From an uncultured Elusimicrobia bacterium (GTDB lineage: Bacteria > Elusimicrobiota > Elusimicrobia > 2-01-FULL-59-12), in assembly GCA_963702895.1 (NCBI GenBank), contig OY969767.1:992001-1056000 (forward strand): 64,000 bases of DNA, written 5' to 3'. How positions within the stretch are numbered: position 1 is the stretch's first letter; each line of letters begins with the position of its first letter. The translations under genes and the position numbers were made by a program. The notes below the pieces were generated by a model that was given only the letters and a program-made list of their open reading frames with translations, was not told the DNA's origin and searched no databases. Shown here in pieces: positions 1 through 9,760 of this stretch.

Positions 1-631
1 CCAGGGCCTGAATTCCCCCTTCTTTCGGATAATAAAATGTGGCGTTGTACCCATACTTCTTGGTCTGATCCGAGAAAGCTCCCGTGATCGCTTCTTCGAC
101 AGAAGGTTTCGGAACAAAAGGGGCAACCCACTCTGCGGTCAGCGTATTGGGAGAGACCGTCCACAATTTCTCGTTGTAGGGAAAGAAAAAGTGTTTGGCG
201 AAACCCTCACCAAAAGTTCGCAAAACCCAATGCTGAAATGATTCCGGCTCCAGGCTCGGAGCGGAGGCCGGAGCAAGCTGGGCGTTGATGAGACCGCTCA
301 AACAGTCTTTGAGGATGGGTTTCGGAAGCCCGTAGAGATTGGCCTGATAAGGGTAGCGCGTGTAGGTGTGGTGAGAATAGATCCATGCCCGGCGCTCATG
401 CTGGACGAGATTGTCACCCAAGAGCTTGGGGATGAGTTGCAGCGTGTAGGGATGGCGCAGGTGCAAGAGATGACCCGTGTGGTCAAAGACGAACCCATCT
501 TGCCGGACTGATCGCGAAAGCCCACCGGGCTCGTCTGATTTCTCGATGAGGAGATAGTCGTCTTGGAGGTGATAAGCGCAGGAAAGACCGGACATCCCTC
601 CGCCGAGGATCAGCGTGCGCACATGGGTCAT
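1..631 (-). CDS. FAD-dependent oxidoreductase, UDP-galactopyranose mutase / protoporphyrinogen oxidase-like (partial, runs off window start)
   Basis: Not in ORF track; hand translation from ATG 631 gives MTHVRTLILGGGMSGLSCAY..EKSDEPGGLSRS..GFVFDHTGHLLH..RYPYQANLYGLP..GYNATFYYP (Rossmann GxGxxG). Its ATG overlaps the upstream gene stop (ATGA). Confidence 0.8.
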   Translation of the reverse strand, partial: MTHVRTLILGGGMSGLSCAYHLQDDYLLIEKSDEPGGLSRSVRQDGFVFDHTGHLLHLRHPYTLQLIPKLLGDNLVQHERRAWIYSHHTYTRYPYQANLYGLPKPILKDCLSGLINAQLAPASAPSLEPESFQHWVLRTFGEGFAKHFFFPYNEKLWTVSPNTLTAEWVAPFVPKPSVEEAITGAFSDQTKKYGYNATFYYPKEGGIQAL

Positions 632-1656
632 TCGATATTAATTCGGGCCAGCCAGCCGCCCAGCGCAACGGCGATCGACAGAGCGATGGCATAGATGAGC
701 AAGGCGTAGTCAAACACGACGACCGTCACTTGATAAGCGGCAAAGGTGAGCAGGAGGCAGGCTGCGTAAGAGAGGATCAAGATCTCCTCACGATAAAAGC
801 CGAAGCGCTCCAAACGTAAGGCGAAATGATCATGACTCCCCAGAAAGGGTGACATTCCCTTTTGGAGGCGTAGGACCGTCACGAGAATCGTGTCATAGAG
901 AGGGACACCCAGGATGAGAAGGGGCGCAAAGACACCCGCGTTGTTGACGTGCGTATAGGACGTCCCCAGGGAAAGGGCCGCCAGAATAAACCCGACAAAC
1001 AAACTTCCCGTATCGCCCAAGAATATCTTTTTTGCATTCGAGAAGTTGTAGGGCATGAAACCAAGAAGCGCGCCGGCCAGTGCGACAGACGCGAAATTCA
1101 CGTGCACCTGTTCGGAGGGGAGCGATATGAAAAAGAAACCGAGGCTGGCGATCACCGCGATGCCGCTCGCCAGGCCGTCCATAATGTCGATGATATTGAC
1201 CGCGTTAATGATGCCGACGATCCAGATGACCGTCAGCAGGCTGCCGAGCCAGAGAGGTTTGATGAAGTAGATGCGAATATCAAAGGCCAGCAGGCAAAGG
1301 GCCGCCGCGATCTGGATCAAGAACTTGAATCGGTAGCTTAACCCCTTGAGCTTGATGTCATCGATGAGCCCGAGCAGGAGGATCAAAAACACTCCCAAGA
1401 CGAGGCCGCGGAGCGAGCGCAAGGTGCCCGTCGGGAAATTGGTGTAAGCGCGCACGTAGAGAAGGCCCGCCGCCATGCCCAGGGCCACGGCAAGTCCGCC
1501 CAGATACGGGACAGGGTGTTTGTGGGTTTTAACGTTCGTATGCGGGTGGTCGAGAATCCCCAAGAGCAGCGCGACCTTGCGGCACAGGGGTGTTGTGAGA
1601 AGCGCCGTCGTCGTGGCGAGAACAAAGCAAATCAGATAAAGCCGCTCGGTGCTCAT
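628..1656 (-). CDS. WecA/TagO-type polyprenyl-phosphate HexNAc-1-phosphate transferase (MraY family)
   Basis: Motifs HKHPVPYLGG, GLIDD, NAVNIIDIMDGLA, FLGDTGS; multi-TM. Start set at ATG 1656 (ATGA overlap). Confidence 0.9.
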   Translation of the reverse strand: MSTERLYLICFVLATTTALLTTPLCRKVALLLGILDHPHTNVKTHKHPVPYLGGLAVALGMAAGLLYVRAYTNFPTGTLRSLRGLVLGVFLILLLGLIDDIKLKGLSYRFKFLIQIAAALCLLAFDIRIYFIKPLWLGSLLTVIWIVGIINAVNIIDIMDGLASGIAVIASLGFFFISLPSEQVHVNFASVALAGALLGFMPYNFSNAKKIFLGDTGSLFVGFILAALSLGTSYTHVNNAGVFAPLLILGVPLYDTILVTVLRLQKGMSPFLGSHDHFALRLERFGFYREEILILSYAACLLLTFAAYQVTVVVFDYALLIYAIALSIAVALGGWLARINIE

Positions 1657-3620
1657 CGAAGCGCCAGGACCTCGCAGTTCTTGTCCCGGTACAGAGAGAC
1701 GGCCTTTGTTTCCAAGAGAGACTCCCAGTTGTCTTGTCCTTTGGGAGTCCATGGGAAGTTGTGAAGGATCTCATTTAAACGGCGCAATTCGAGATGGTTG
1801 ATGAGCAGATGGGTAATGCCACGCGCACGCAGACGTGCCATGAGATCGGCCGCCGTGTCGGACTCATTGGCCCATGCCGTCAGCGGGTTGGCGTTGAAAG
1901 CAGGCGTTACCAAGACGGGCTTATTGTAGTAATAAGAACACTGATCCCCTACCACATAAGTCAGCGTATTTCCGGGGAGTGTATCCAAGAACCGGGCTGC
2001 CGGATAATACTTCAGTTTTCTCGCGAGGTAGTTTTCCCGTGTTTCAAAGCCAAGAGGAACACGAAAAAGGGAGAGGCTATCCGCGATTTCAAAGAATAAG
2101 GTCATGTTGGACAAAAGAAGAAGGCCCAAAAGCCATCGACCAACCTGATGAAGCGGGTCTCGCCGCTCTTTGAGCTGGACCAAGCCGTAGGCAGCGGCGA
2201 ATGCTAGAAAAGGGGCGATCGGCAAGAGAAACCGAAGCACTGGCTTGGACAGTCCCCATGCTGTGAAAAAGAGCGAGGCGTAGAGAAGCGAGTGTCGCAA
2301 GACTTGCGGGAGAGGTCTTGCGAGCCACAGCACGGGGAGCAGAACAAATAAGTAGGACCAACCAAAATCTCCGATCACATCCATGCCTCCGCCGAAATCC
2401 ATGCCCCTCGTCGCAATGTCCCAGAGAAGCTTGAAAAGCTCATGAAAATGGCGAGGGGCATATTCTGTGATCCCATGAAAATAACCTGCCGCAGCACTCT
2501 GCACCCATGGGTTTAGACTTTTAAAACTCCATTTGTAGAAGAAAGGAAAGACCGGGTTCCCCACATAATGAAGGTTCTTGAGCATCCAAGGAGAAAATGA
2601 AAGCAGTGCGGTCCCGAGGTAGAGTGCCAGGGACTTGAGGGCCGCCGATCGACCTTGAAGCCGAGCTACCACGGCGATATACAAGGCGCCAAGGGCGACG
2701 CCAAAGCCGGCGGTGTACTTCGTCCCGAGGGAAAATCCTGCCAGCGTCCCCGCCAACACAAGAAGCGCAGCGTGCGGTTTTTCGTGCCAGAGATAGAGGG
2801 CGTAGAAACTCGCCAAAGCATAGACCGTGAGGCCGACATCCACGTACCCACCGGAGCTCAATAATAAATAGGAGGGCATGATGATGAGCAGCGCGGCTGA
2901 CCAAAGCCCCACCTCTTCACTCAAGAATCGCCTGGCGAAGGCAAAGAGCATCGAGATCCCGACCATCGCCATGACCCATCCGAGGAGATTCGCCAGGAGA
3001 TCTCCGCCCAAGAGCATCCCCAGCGTCCAGAGCATTTCCATCAATTGCGGGAAAGCAGAATAGATGAGAGAGGGCTGCCCGACCCACCGCCCGGCCTGAA
3101 GGTAAGCCTGTGGCAGGGCGTAATGGTAGACCAAGGAGTCGTAATAAATCGGGGGTGAGAAAGTCATGATCAGGCTCAAGGAAGCGCCAAGGATGAGAAG
3201 CAAGAAGGGGGCGGGAAACCGTTCATGGAGATTGGAAGGGCTCGCACACAGCGTGCGGAGTTCTTTTTTTTCCTTCCAGGAAAGACCAAGTCCTGCAAGC
3301 ACGAGGAGCGTCGTGGGTGCCTGATGCCACAGCCCAAAACACCCCAGGAGTGCCGTCGCGAAGGACAGAAGGCCAAAGCCGGTTAAAGCAGCGAAAAGAA
3401 GATACTCGAGCGAAGCATTCAGGTGGGGTTTGAGTTTTCGAAGGAGAAGGGCCCCCCATCCAATAGCGGAGAGTGTGATGACGGCGGCAAGCAAGATCAA
3501 ATGAAGCTTATGAAAGAACGCCGGCAGCGGAAATCGCAAAAAATACCCAAGACTGAAGGCCGCCCAGACGACGGCGATTAAGAAGCGCTTGATTTGGGGA
3601 CGAATTGAGGGGATCGCCAT
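1653..3620 (-). CDS. GT-C fold (ArnT/PMT-like) membrane glycosyltransferase
   Basis: 655 aa with many TM helices; YYDSLVYH loop, GTKYT, GNPVFPF and RFLLP motifs; soluble C-terminal tail. Confidence 0.75.
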   Translation of the reverse strand: MAIPSIRPQIKRFLIAVVWAAFSLGYFLRFPLPAFFHKLHLILLAAVITLSAIGWGALLLRKLKPHLNASLEYLLFAALTGFGLLSFATALLGCFGLWHQAPTTLLVLAGLGLSWKEKKELRTLCASPSNLHERFPAPFLLLILGASLSLIMTFSPPIYYDSLVYHYALPQAYLQAGRWVGQPSLIYSAFPQLMEMLWTLGMLLGGDLLANLLGWVMAMVGISMLFAFARRFLSEEVGLWSAALLIIMPSYLLLSSGGYVDVGLTVYALASFYALYLWHEKPHAALLVLAGTLAGFSLGTKYTAGFGVALGALYIAVVARLQGRSAALKSLALYLGTALLSFSPWMLKNLHYVGNPVFPFFYKWSFKSLNPWVQSAAAGYFHGITEYAPRHFHELFKLLWDIATRGMDFGGGMDVIGDFGWSYLFVLLPVLWLARPLPQVLRHSLLYASLFFTAWGLSKPVLRFLLPIAPFLAFAAAYGLVQLKERRDPLHQVGRWLLGLLLLSNMTLFFEIADSLSLFRVPLGFETRENYLARKLKYYPAARFLDTLPGNTLTYVVGDQCSYYYNKPVLVTPAFNANPLTAWANESDTAADLMARLRARGITHLLINHLELRRLNEILHNFPWTPKGQDNWESLLETKAVSLYRDKNCEVLALR

Positions 3621-4333
3621 AAATGTGATCGGTGCAGGTAGTACCGTAAGATGCTCTTGAGGGATTCCAGCCCATAGCGGAGGCTCCGTCGGAAATTAAT
3701 GGAGGACGCTTCTTCGAAATACCGCGCTGGGGCAGGGATATCACCAAGCCGAAAACCCAAGGCGGAAGCCTGGATCAAGAACTCGCAGTCAAAGACAAAG
3801 TCATCCGAATTGAGTTCCCAGGGGATGGTTTCCAAGACGCGGCGCGTGTAGGCCCGCATGCCGGAGTGCCATTCCCCAAGGTTCTGGCGCATGAGCAAAT
3901 TCTCGATGATCGTCAAGAACCGGTTGGAGAGATATTTGTAGGCTGGCATCCCGCCTTGAAGAGCCTCCTGACGAGTTCGGATGCGATTGCCCAGGACGAC
4001 ATCACAAATATTATCCTTGAGGAGCCCTGTTAGATAAGGAACCAGACGCGCGTCGTATTGATAGTCGGGGTGAATCATGACCACGATGTCCGCTCCGGCG
4101 TCTAAGGCTGCGCGGTAACAGGTCTTTTGGTTTCCACCATAGCCGCGGTTATGGGGGTGCTCGATGACTTTGAGTCCGAGCTTCTGTGCGACAGCGACCG
4201 TCTGGTCTTTGGAGTGATCGTCCACCAGGATAATCTCATCGACGGTGCCTTTGGGGATGTCGGCAACGGTTTTGGCTACGGTCCTTTCCGCATTGTAGGC
4301 GGGCATCACAACAACAATTTTGGATTTTGACAT
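3578..4333 (-). CDS. GT2 polyprenyl-phosphate sugar synthase (DPM1/GtrB-like)
   Basis: VVMPAYNAE, VDDHSKD, NRGYGG, HPDYQYD, FVFDCE. Confidence 0.9.
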   Translation of the reverse strand: MSKSKIVVVMPAYNAERTVAKTVADIPKGTVDEIILVDDHSKDQTVAVAQKLGLKVIEHPHNRGYGGNQKTCYRAALDAGADIVVMIHPDYQYDARLVPYLTGLLKDNICDVVLGNRIRTRQEALQGGMPAYKYLSNRFLTIIENLLMRQNLGEWHSGMRAYTRRVLETIPWELNSDDFVFDCEFLIQASALGFRLGDIPAPARYFEEASSINFRRSLRYGLESLKSILRYYLHRSHLWRSPQFVPKSSAS

Positions 4334-4350
4334 GGTGAACTAGAACGGTG

Positions 4351-5670
4351 TCAAAGCCTTACGAGGTGGCCCGCTTCCAGGCCACGGAGCATGTTCCGTG
4401 TGTCGACCACGAGTTTTGAATGATGAAGAATCTCTTCTGACTTAAATTGGCGATGAGCCGTGGTGATCACGACGGCATCAGCCTGACGGAGGAGAGACGG
4501 CGAATAAGGCTTGCTTTTGAGGAGGTGCGTTTCCACCAAGATGGAAGGGACGAAGGGGTCGTGATAAGACACCTCGGCCCCCATTTCACGGAGCAAGTGA
4601 ATGACGTCGAGCGCTGGGGATTCCCGAACATCCGTGACATTCGCCTTGTAGGCGACCCCCAAGAGCAGGATCTTCGACCCCTTCACGGATTGCTTTCTTG
4701 CGTTCATGGCGCGCACAATCTTCATCACAACAAATTCAGGCATATGGGAGTTGACCTCCCCAGCAAGGTCGATAAAGCGGGCCGCAAAATTGAGAGATTT
4801 CATTTTCCAGGAGAGATAAAGGGGATCGATGGGAATGCAGTGTCCTCCTAAGCCTGGTCCGGGGTAAAACGGCATAAACCCGTAAGGCTTGGTGGAGGCC
4901 GCGTCGATGACTTCCCAAACGTTCAGCTTCAGCTTGTCACAAATCATCGTGATCTCGTTCACGAGACCGATGTTCACGGCGCGAAAGGTGTTTTCCAGGA
5001 GCTTCGTGAGCTCAGCGGTCTCGGCGCTTGAGACCGGGACCACCTGTCGAATGACTTGACTGTAGAGAGTGACCGCGAGGGTTGTGCAGCGGGGTGTTAT
5101 CCCCCCCACCACTTTGGGTGTATTGGGGAGTTTGTACTGCTTGTTGCCCGGATCAATTCTTTCTGGCGAGAAAGCGAGAAAGAAGTCTCGTCCCACCTTG
5201 AGGCCGCTTTCCTCGAGAATCGGCAGCACCTGTTCGCGCGTGGTGCCAGGATACGTTGTGCTTTCAAGGATGATGAGTTGACCCTTGCGGAGTGTTTTCG
5301 CGATGCGACGAGCAGCTTGGTCAATGTAGGTAATGTCCGGGTCTTTGCTTTTGTTGAGCGGTGTGGGAACGCAAATGATCAGTGCATCCATATGTCGAAG
5401 CTTCGCAAAATCGGTCGTTGCACGCAGGGTTTGTTTTTTAACAAGTTTCCGGACCAAACTGCTCTCGATATCACCGATATAGGACCGTCCGGCGGTAAGG
5501 GCTTTCACTTTGCTGGCATCAACTTCAAAACCCGTAACCTGAAAGCCCGCGCCCGCGAACTCGCAAGCCAGAGGCAGTCCCACGTACCCGAGCCCCAGCG
5601 TGCCTATGCGGGCGCCGTGGTTTTGGAATCTTTCATGCAGCCGACGAATGGTATTCATGTAATCTCGCAT
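4351..5670 (-). CDS. UDP-N-acetylglucosamine 6-dehydrogenase (WbpA/WbpO-like)
   Basis: GLGYVGLP, CVPTP, ESTTYPG, FSPERIDPGN, GGHCIPIDP, DVRESP. Confidence 0.92.
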   Translation of the reverse strand: MRDYMNTIRRLHERFQNHGARIGTLGLGYVGLPLACEFAGAGFQVTGFEVDASKVKALTAGRSYIGDIESSLVRKLVKKQTLRATTDFAKLRHMDALIICVPTPLNKSKDPDITYIDQAARRIAKTLRKGQLIILESTTYPGTTREQVLPILEESGLKVGRDFFLAFSPERIDPGNKQYKLPNTPKVVGGITPRCTTLAVTLYSQVIRQVVPVSSAETAELTKLLENTFRAVNIGLVNEITMICDKLKLNVWEVIDAASTKPYGFMPFYPGPGLGGHCIPIDPLYLSWKMKSLNFAARFIDLAGEVNSHMPEFVVMKIVRAMNARKQSVKGSKILLLGVAYKANVTDVRESPALDVIHLLREMGAEVSYHDPFVPSILVETHLLKSKPYSPSLLRQADAVVITTAHRQFKSEEILHHSKLVVDTRNMLRGLEAGHLVRL

Positions 5671-5679
5671 TATAAGTCA

Positions 5680-6984
5680 TTATCGAGGGTGGATCTTGTC
5701 TCGCCGCCGTTGTGCAAATGCTTGGAACCCGCCCCCCGCCAATAAAAAAAGCGCTGGCATAAGCGGCAGCCGGTAGCGCGCATGGGCGTCAGCCCCGAGC
5801 GTCACAAGGAGAAAATAACAGAGCGGCAAAGACAGCAGGAGCGTGGTTTGCCACCCTGCTTCATGCCAGCATCGCCGGAGACCCCAAAGCGCCAAGCCAT
5901 AGATCGAAAAAAGAAAACACAGATAAAGAACCAGCAGAATGCTGAACCACGGGTGGCGCTGGATCAGGTGACGTGCCTGCTGGATCGGCGTCTCCGTGGC
6001 GTAAACCGGTTGTGCCAAAGGCTCGTATCGCGTGTCGTGAAGGAACATCCACGCTGCCACCTTCATGGAATTACCCGTCAACAGTTTCAGCAAGTCTCGC
6101 GCCATAAGCTTCGTATAGACGGTCCAATGTTTCATGAGATAACGGGACGCCCAGAGAGATTGACTTGGAGCGCCGGGCGCCTGCCGGTGAGCCTTCCGGA
6201 TGTCATCCACTGCTTGCGCATACGGTATCTGACGGCGTTCCACCTCCACCAGCGCCACGCGTACCAGAAAAAGGTTGTCGTCTTGAAGTGTTGAAAACGT
6301 CCATCGGCCGGACACGTGGTGATTTCTTGCAAACCAGCCTGCAATCGGGAGCAGCAAAGTCATCAGGAGAGCCAGGAGCCGTGCCTTTGAGACGGGAGGC
6401 TTGAGCCCTCGTCCCATCAGCAGGTAGAGGACGGCAAGCAAGGCTCCGTAATACAGACCCACCGGCCGGACAAAGGCTGAAGCGGCTGCCGAGGCCGCCG
6501 TCATCACCAGGCGTTGCCGCACCAGCCCGTAAAGGGACAGGCAGATGAAAAAGACGAAGAGGGTATCCGTTAAAACAAAAGCGCAATGAACCACACCGAC
6601 AAAATCCACCGCAAAGCCGATCCCGGCCAGACAAGCAGCGCGTATATCTTTCCAGAAATAGAATGCTGCCCAAAAAACAAGAGCGGCGGAGATTGAGTTG
6701 AGAAGCGCTTGGACCCATTGAATGCAACGCAAGCGAAGACTGCCATCTTGATTTAGAAAGGGAACGAGGAAGAGCGGATAACCCGGTGTGCGATAGACTT
6801 CCGGAATGAGTCTCCCGTCGTGGTAGACGGCATAGGCGCCCTGGTGGCGCAACACGTGCGCGGGCTTCGCATAGGTGTAACTGTCCGAGAAGAAAGCGTA
6901 TTCGGATTTCGGTCCGATGGCCAAGAGAAGCCAAGCGCGAAGCGCAAGCGCGAGCAGGAACACGCACCCTAGCCCCTTGACCAT
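5680..6984 (-). CDS. GT-C fold (ArnT/PMT-like) membrane glycosyltransferase
   Basis: SDSYTY loop, RTPGYPLF, LTDTLF, RYRLPLMP; paralogous to 21472..22773. Confidence 0.75.
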   Translation of the reverse strand: MVKGLGCVFLLALALRAWLLLAIGPKSEYAFFSDSYTYAKPAHVLRHQGAYAVYHDGRLIPEVYRTPGYPLFLVPFLNQDGSLRLRCIQWVQALLNSISAALVFWAAFYFWKDIRAACLAGIGFAVDFVGVVHCAFVLTDTLFVFFICLSLYGLVRQRLVMTAASAAASAFVRPVGLYYGALLAVLYLLMGRGLKPPVSKARLLALLMTLLLPIAGWFARNHHVSGRWTFSTLQDDNLFLVRVALVEVERRQIPYAQAVDDIRKAHRQAPGAPSQSLWASRYLMKHWTVYTKLMARDLLKLLTGNSMKVAAWMFLHDTRYEPLAQPVYATETPIQQARHLIQRHPWFSILLVLYLCFLFSIYGLALWGLRRCWHEAGWQTTLLLSLPLCYFLLVTLGADAHARYRLPLMPALFLLAGGGFQAFAQRRRDKIHPR

Positions 6985-6986
6985 GG

Positions 6987-7685
6987 TTACTTTCGTCTCC
7001 CGCTCAACAAGAGAAAGAGCGGCAAGACAATGCGTCCCCAGTCTTGAAGTGGCCGAATCTTGGAATAGTTCTTTCTGGTGGGGTAATTCTTACTCACGGG
7101 GACTTCACAAAACGGCACGCAAAGCTTGAGCGCGTAATAATGAAGGTAATATTCGAGTTCGTAAGTGGAGAGCCATGCCTGTTTCCACTGGACCAACGGT
7201 CGCTTCAGAAAAGACACGCGGTAGGCACGAAAGCCGTTCGTCACATCGGTCAAGCGGCGTCCCAAGCAAAGGCTCCAGATCCCGCTCAATAGCTTGATGC
7301 CAACATAGCGCTGGAATGGCAAATTCTTCCGTTCCCCTCCTTTTAAGAAACGCGAACCTTGAACATATTCCGCTCCCTGCTCGATGGCGATGAGGAGCCG
7401 GTCAATCTCTTGGGGGTTGTCTTTGCCGTTACCGGCCATGACCACGACCGTTTCGTATCCGTGCTCCAGGGCATAGGCGAAGCCGTCTTGCAGGCATTGT
7501 CCAACACCACCGCGTGTTGGGTGACGCACACAAGGGTAGCCACTTCGCTCAATTTCCTGGGGTGTGGCATCGGTTGAGGCATCATCGATCACGATCACAT
7601 CGCACACGCCTTTGGGGAATTTTGAAAGGAGCGCCGTGACGTGTGCGGCTTCGTTGAAGACTGGAATGATCGCGAGCGTTTTCAC
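6987..7685 (-). CDS. GT2 polyprenyl-phosphate sugar synthase-like
   Basis: IIPVFNE, IDDASTD, GSRF, TDVTNGFRAY; DxD position reads AGNGKD. Confidence 0.85.
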   Translation of the reverse strand: MKTLAIIPVFNEAAHVTALLSKFPKGVCDVIVIDDASTDATPQEIERSGYPCVRHPTRGGVGQCLQDGFAYALEHGYETVVVMAGNGKDNPQEIDRLLIAIEQGAEYVQGSRFLKGGERKNLPFQRYVGIKLLSGIWSLCLGRRLTDVTNGFRAYRVSFLKRPLVQWKQAWLSTYELEYYLHYYALKLCVPFCEVPVSKNYPTRKNYSKIRPLQDWGRIVLPLFLLLSGRRK

Positions 7686-8689
7686 ATCCAGTGGCGTTTG
7701 CCCTTGGCGTGGCTGGAGGTTTCCAAAGCCTCCAAGACGCGCACGACGCGTGCGCCGAATCGGCCATCGTTGATGGGAGAGCGGCCCGTATGGATGGACT
7801 TGAGAAAGGCTTGCATTTGCAACCGTAGAGGTTCGCGGGCGTCCAAGTGAGGGCTCAGGATATCGCCGGAGCGGTAGGTCAGCTGGAATTCACCGAAGGT
7901 TTCGGGGTTGCGGACGACCCCTTGATCGAAAATCTTGACTTTTTCATTGTTGGACGTGTCGTCATAGAGCACCATGCGCTTGGAGCCCACAATGGTCGTC
8001 ATGCGGAGCTTGGAAGGGGCCAGCCAACTGACATGGAGGTGGGCCAAGACGCCCTTGGGGAAGCCCAGGGTTGCAAAGCCCACTTCATGGATCTTTTTGC
8101 GCACGTGAGACGAACCTTCCGCGCAAGCCCAGAGTGGATCCTGGCCCAGCCAATACAAAAAGATCGAAATGTCATGAGGGGCCAGGTCTCGAAAAACGCT
8201 GACATCCGGCTGAAAAAGACCCAGGTTGACTCGGGAGGAGTTCAGATAATATATGTGGCCGAGGGCGCCTTGATCAATGAGGGCCCGGATTTTTTGTACG
8301 GGAGGGCTGTAGAGGAAGGTATGGCCTACCATGAGGATGCGCTTTCTGCTTTTGGCCAGTGCGACGAGGTCTTCGGCTTCCTTCGTGAACATGCAAAGGG
8401 GTTTCTCGACAAAGGTATGTTTTCCGGCGAGGAGCGCGTCTTTGGCGATACGATAATGCGAAGAAACGGGAGTCGCGATCGCCACCGCATCCACGCGGCG
8501 GTCTTTGAGCATGACACGGTAGTCGGTAAAGAACAGCGTGTCGGGGTGGCGGGCCTTCAGAGGGGTCAGGCGGTCCCGGAGACGGTCGCAAACCGCGTAG
8601 AGCCTTGCACCCGGCAATTCGGCGACGTTGCGGATGATATTGGGGCCCCAGTAACCTGTACCGATCACGCCAATGGAAATTGTAGCCAC
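7682..8689 (-). CDS. Gfo/Idh/MocA oxidoreductase (WbpB-like nucleotide-sugar 3-dehydrogenase)
   Basis: GTGYWG, VEKP, MVGH, DLAPHD. Confidence 0.88.
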   Translation of the reverse strand: MATISIGVIGTGYWGPNIIRNVAELPGARLYAVCDRLRDRLTPLKARHPDTLFFTDYRVMLKDRRVDAVAIATPVSSHYRIAKDALLAGKHTFVEKPLCMFTKEAEDLVALAKSRKRILMVGHTFLYSPPVQKIRALIDQGALGHIYYLNSSRVNLGLFQPDVSVFRDLAPHDISIFLYWLGQDPLWACAEGSSHVRKKIHEVGFATLGFPKGVLAHLHVSWLAPSKLRMTTIVGSKRMVLYDDTSNNEKVKIFDQGVVRNPETFGEFQLTYRSGDILSPHLDAREPLRLQMQAFLKSIHTGRSPINDGRFGARVVRVLEALETSSHAKGKRHWM

Positions 8690-8848
8690 TGCGCGTTACT
8701 GTAATAAAAATATACCTATGAAGGAAATAGACAATACTTGCGGGACGAAAGCCGAGCGCTTGTTCGAACGTTCCCGCGGGTGGCGGTCTCTTCGTTTCGA
8801 CTCAGACACAGGATGGCAGCGGAGGGAAGATGCGGGGGCACTGCCTCC

Positions 8849-9760
8849 CTAGAGCTTGCGCGCGCAAATCTCCAGCGAGTCGAAGGTGTTGATATAGACA
8901 AGCTTGTTGGAGAAATTGAATTTCCTTATGACGCGGGAGACAGTCCCGGTCACGCCCGCCGAATAGCCTTTGAGCCGGCTTGCCCAGTATTGACCTGTGA
9001 AGACTCGTCCGTAGGACCGATGAAACACAACTTCAAAACCCGCCTTTCGGAGTATCGCCGAGAGCGTCTTGGTTGAAAAGTAATAGATGTGCGCCGGTCT
9101 CAAGCCCCACCACCGCATCCCAAGAAGGCGCGCCGCCCAACCCGACACGTCCGGCGTCACGAGATACACGTAGCCGCCGGGTTCCAGGATCCGGTTCACC
9201 TCGCGGATTGTGCCAAGAGGGTCCGGCACATGCTCAATGACATCCAGCATCGTTGCGATAGAGAAAGATCCGCTCTCTAAACCGGCTTTTTCGAGTGACG
9301 TCTGCCGAACGTCAAGTTGCAACTTCTCCCTTGCGAAGCGCGCCGCTGCAGCAGAGGGCTCCAGGCCCACGACCTCGAAATCCAGCCGGGCTGCGTTCAG
9401 AAAATAGCCAGTCGAGCATCCAATATCGACCAGACGGCCCGTTCGCACAAACCGCGTGATCGTGTTAAGGCTGAAAAAGGCGTTGATGCTCCGGGCCGCG
9501 TCCTCCTGCTGATACTCTTCGTCATCCGATTCCTGATAGAGACCAATGAGATCGTCATCGCGCAGACGCGGATTCGTGAAAACCAAGCCGCAGTCCCGGC
9601 AGCGAACCACCTGTCCGAAGTAGCCGTACCGATCGGTCGTCGCCTTGAAATCAGTTTCAGCGGGTCCCCTGCTGGGCGGCTCGGATCGAAATTTGACCGC
9701 ATACGAGCGACTCCCGCAGAGATTGCACGCTACGTCGATCAAACGGTTCCCGACGGTCAT
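8849..9760 (-). CDS. Class I SAM-dependent methyltransferase with N-terminal Cys/Zn motif
   Basis: CNLC..CRDCG, VDIGCSTG, DVIEH, HIYYF. Start ATG 9760 overlaps the upstream stop. Confidence 0.85.
   Translation of the reverse strand: MTVGNRLIDVACNLCGSRSYAVKFRSEPPSRGPAETDFKATTDRYGYFGQVVRCRDCGLVFTNPRLRDDDLIGLYQESDDEEYQQEDAARSINAFFSLNTITRFVRTGRLVDIGCSTGYFLNAARLDFEVVGLEPSAAAARFAREKLQLDVRQTSLEKAGLESGSFSIATMLDVIEHVPDPLGTIREVNRILEPGGYVYLVTPDVSGWAARLLGMRWWGLRPAHIYYFSTKTLSAILRKAGFEVVFHRSYGRVFTGQYWASRLKGYSAGVTGTVSRVIRKFNFSNKLVYINTFDSLEICARKL

Noticed and set aside
7847..8704. Long antisense ORFs (also 5056..5745, 9317..9901, 59824..60507) and same-strand alternative-frame ORF 6203..6967
   Set aside because: They shadow well-supported genes and carry no recognisable motifs.
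8740..8830. GGGACGAAAGCC and nearby hairpins resembling a c-di-GMP-I riboswitch
   Set aside because: Lies on the strand opposite the flanking genes and lacks the GCAAAC/GAAA elements; an Infernal search would settle it.
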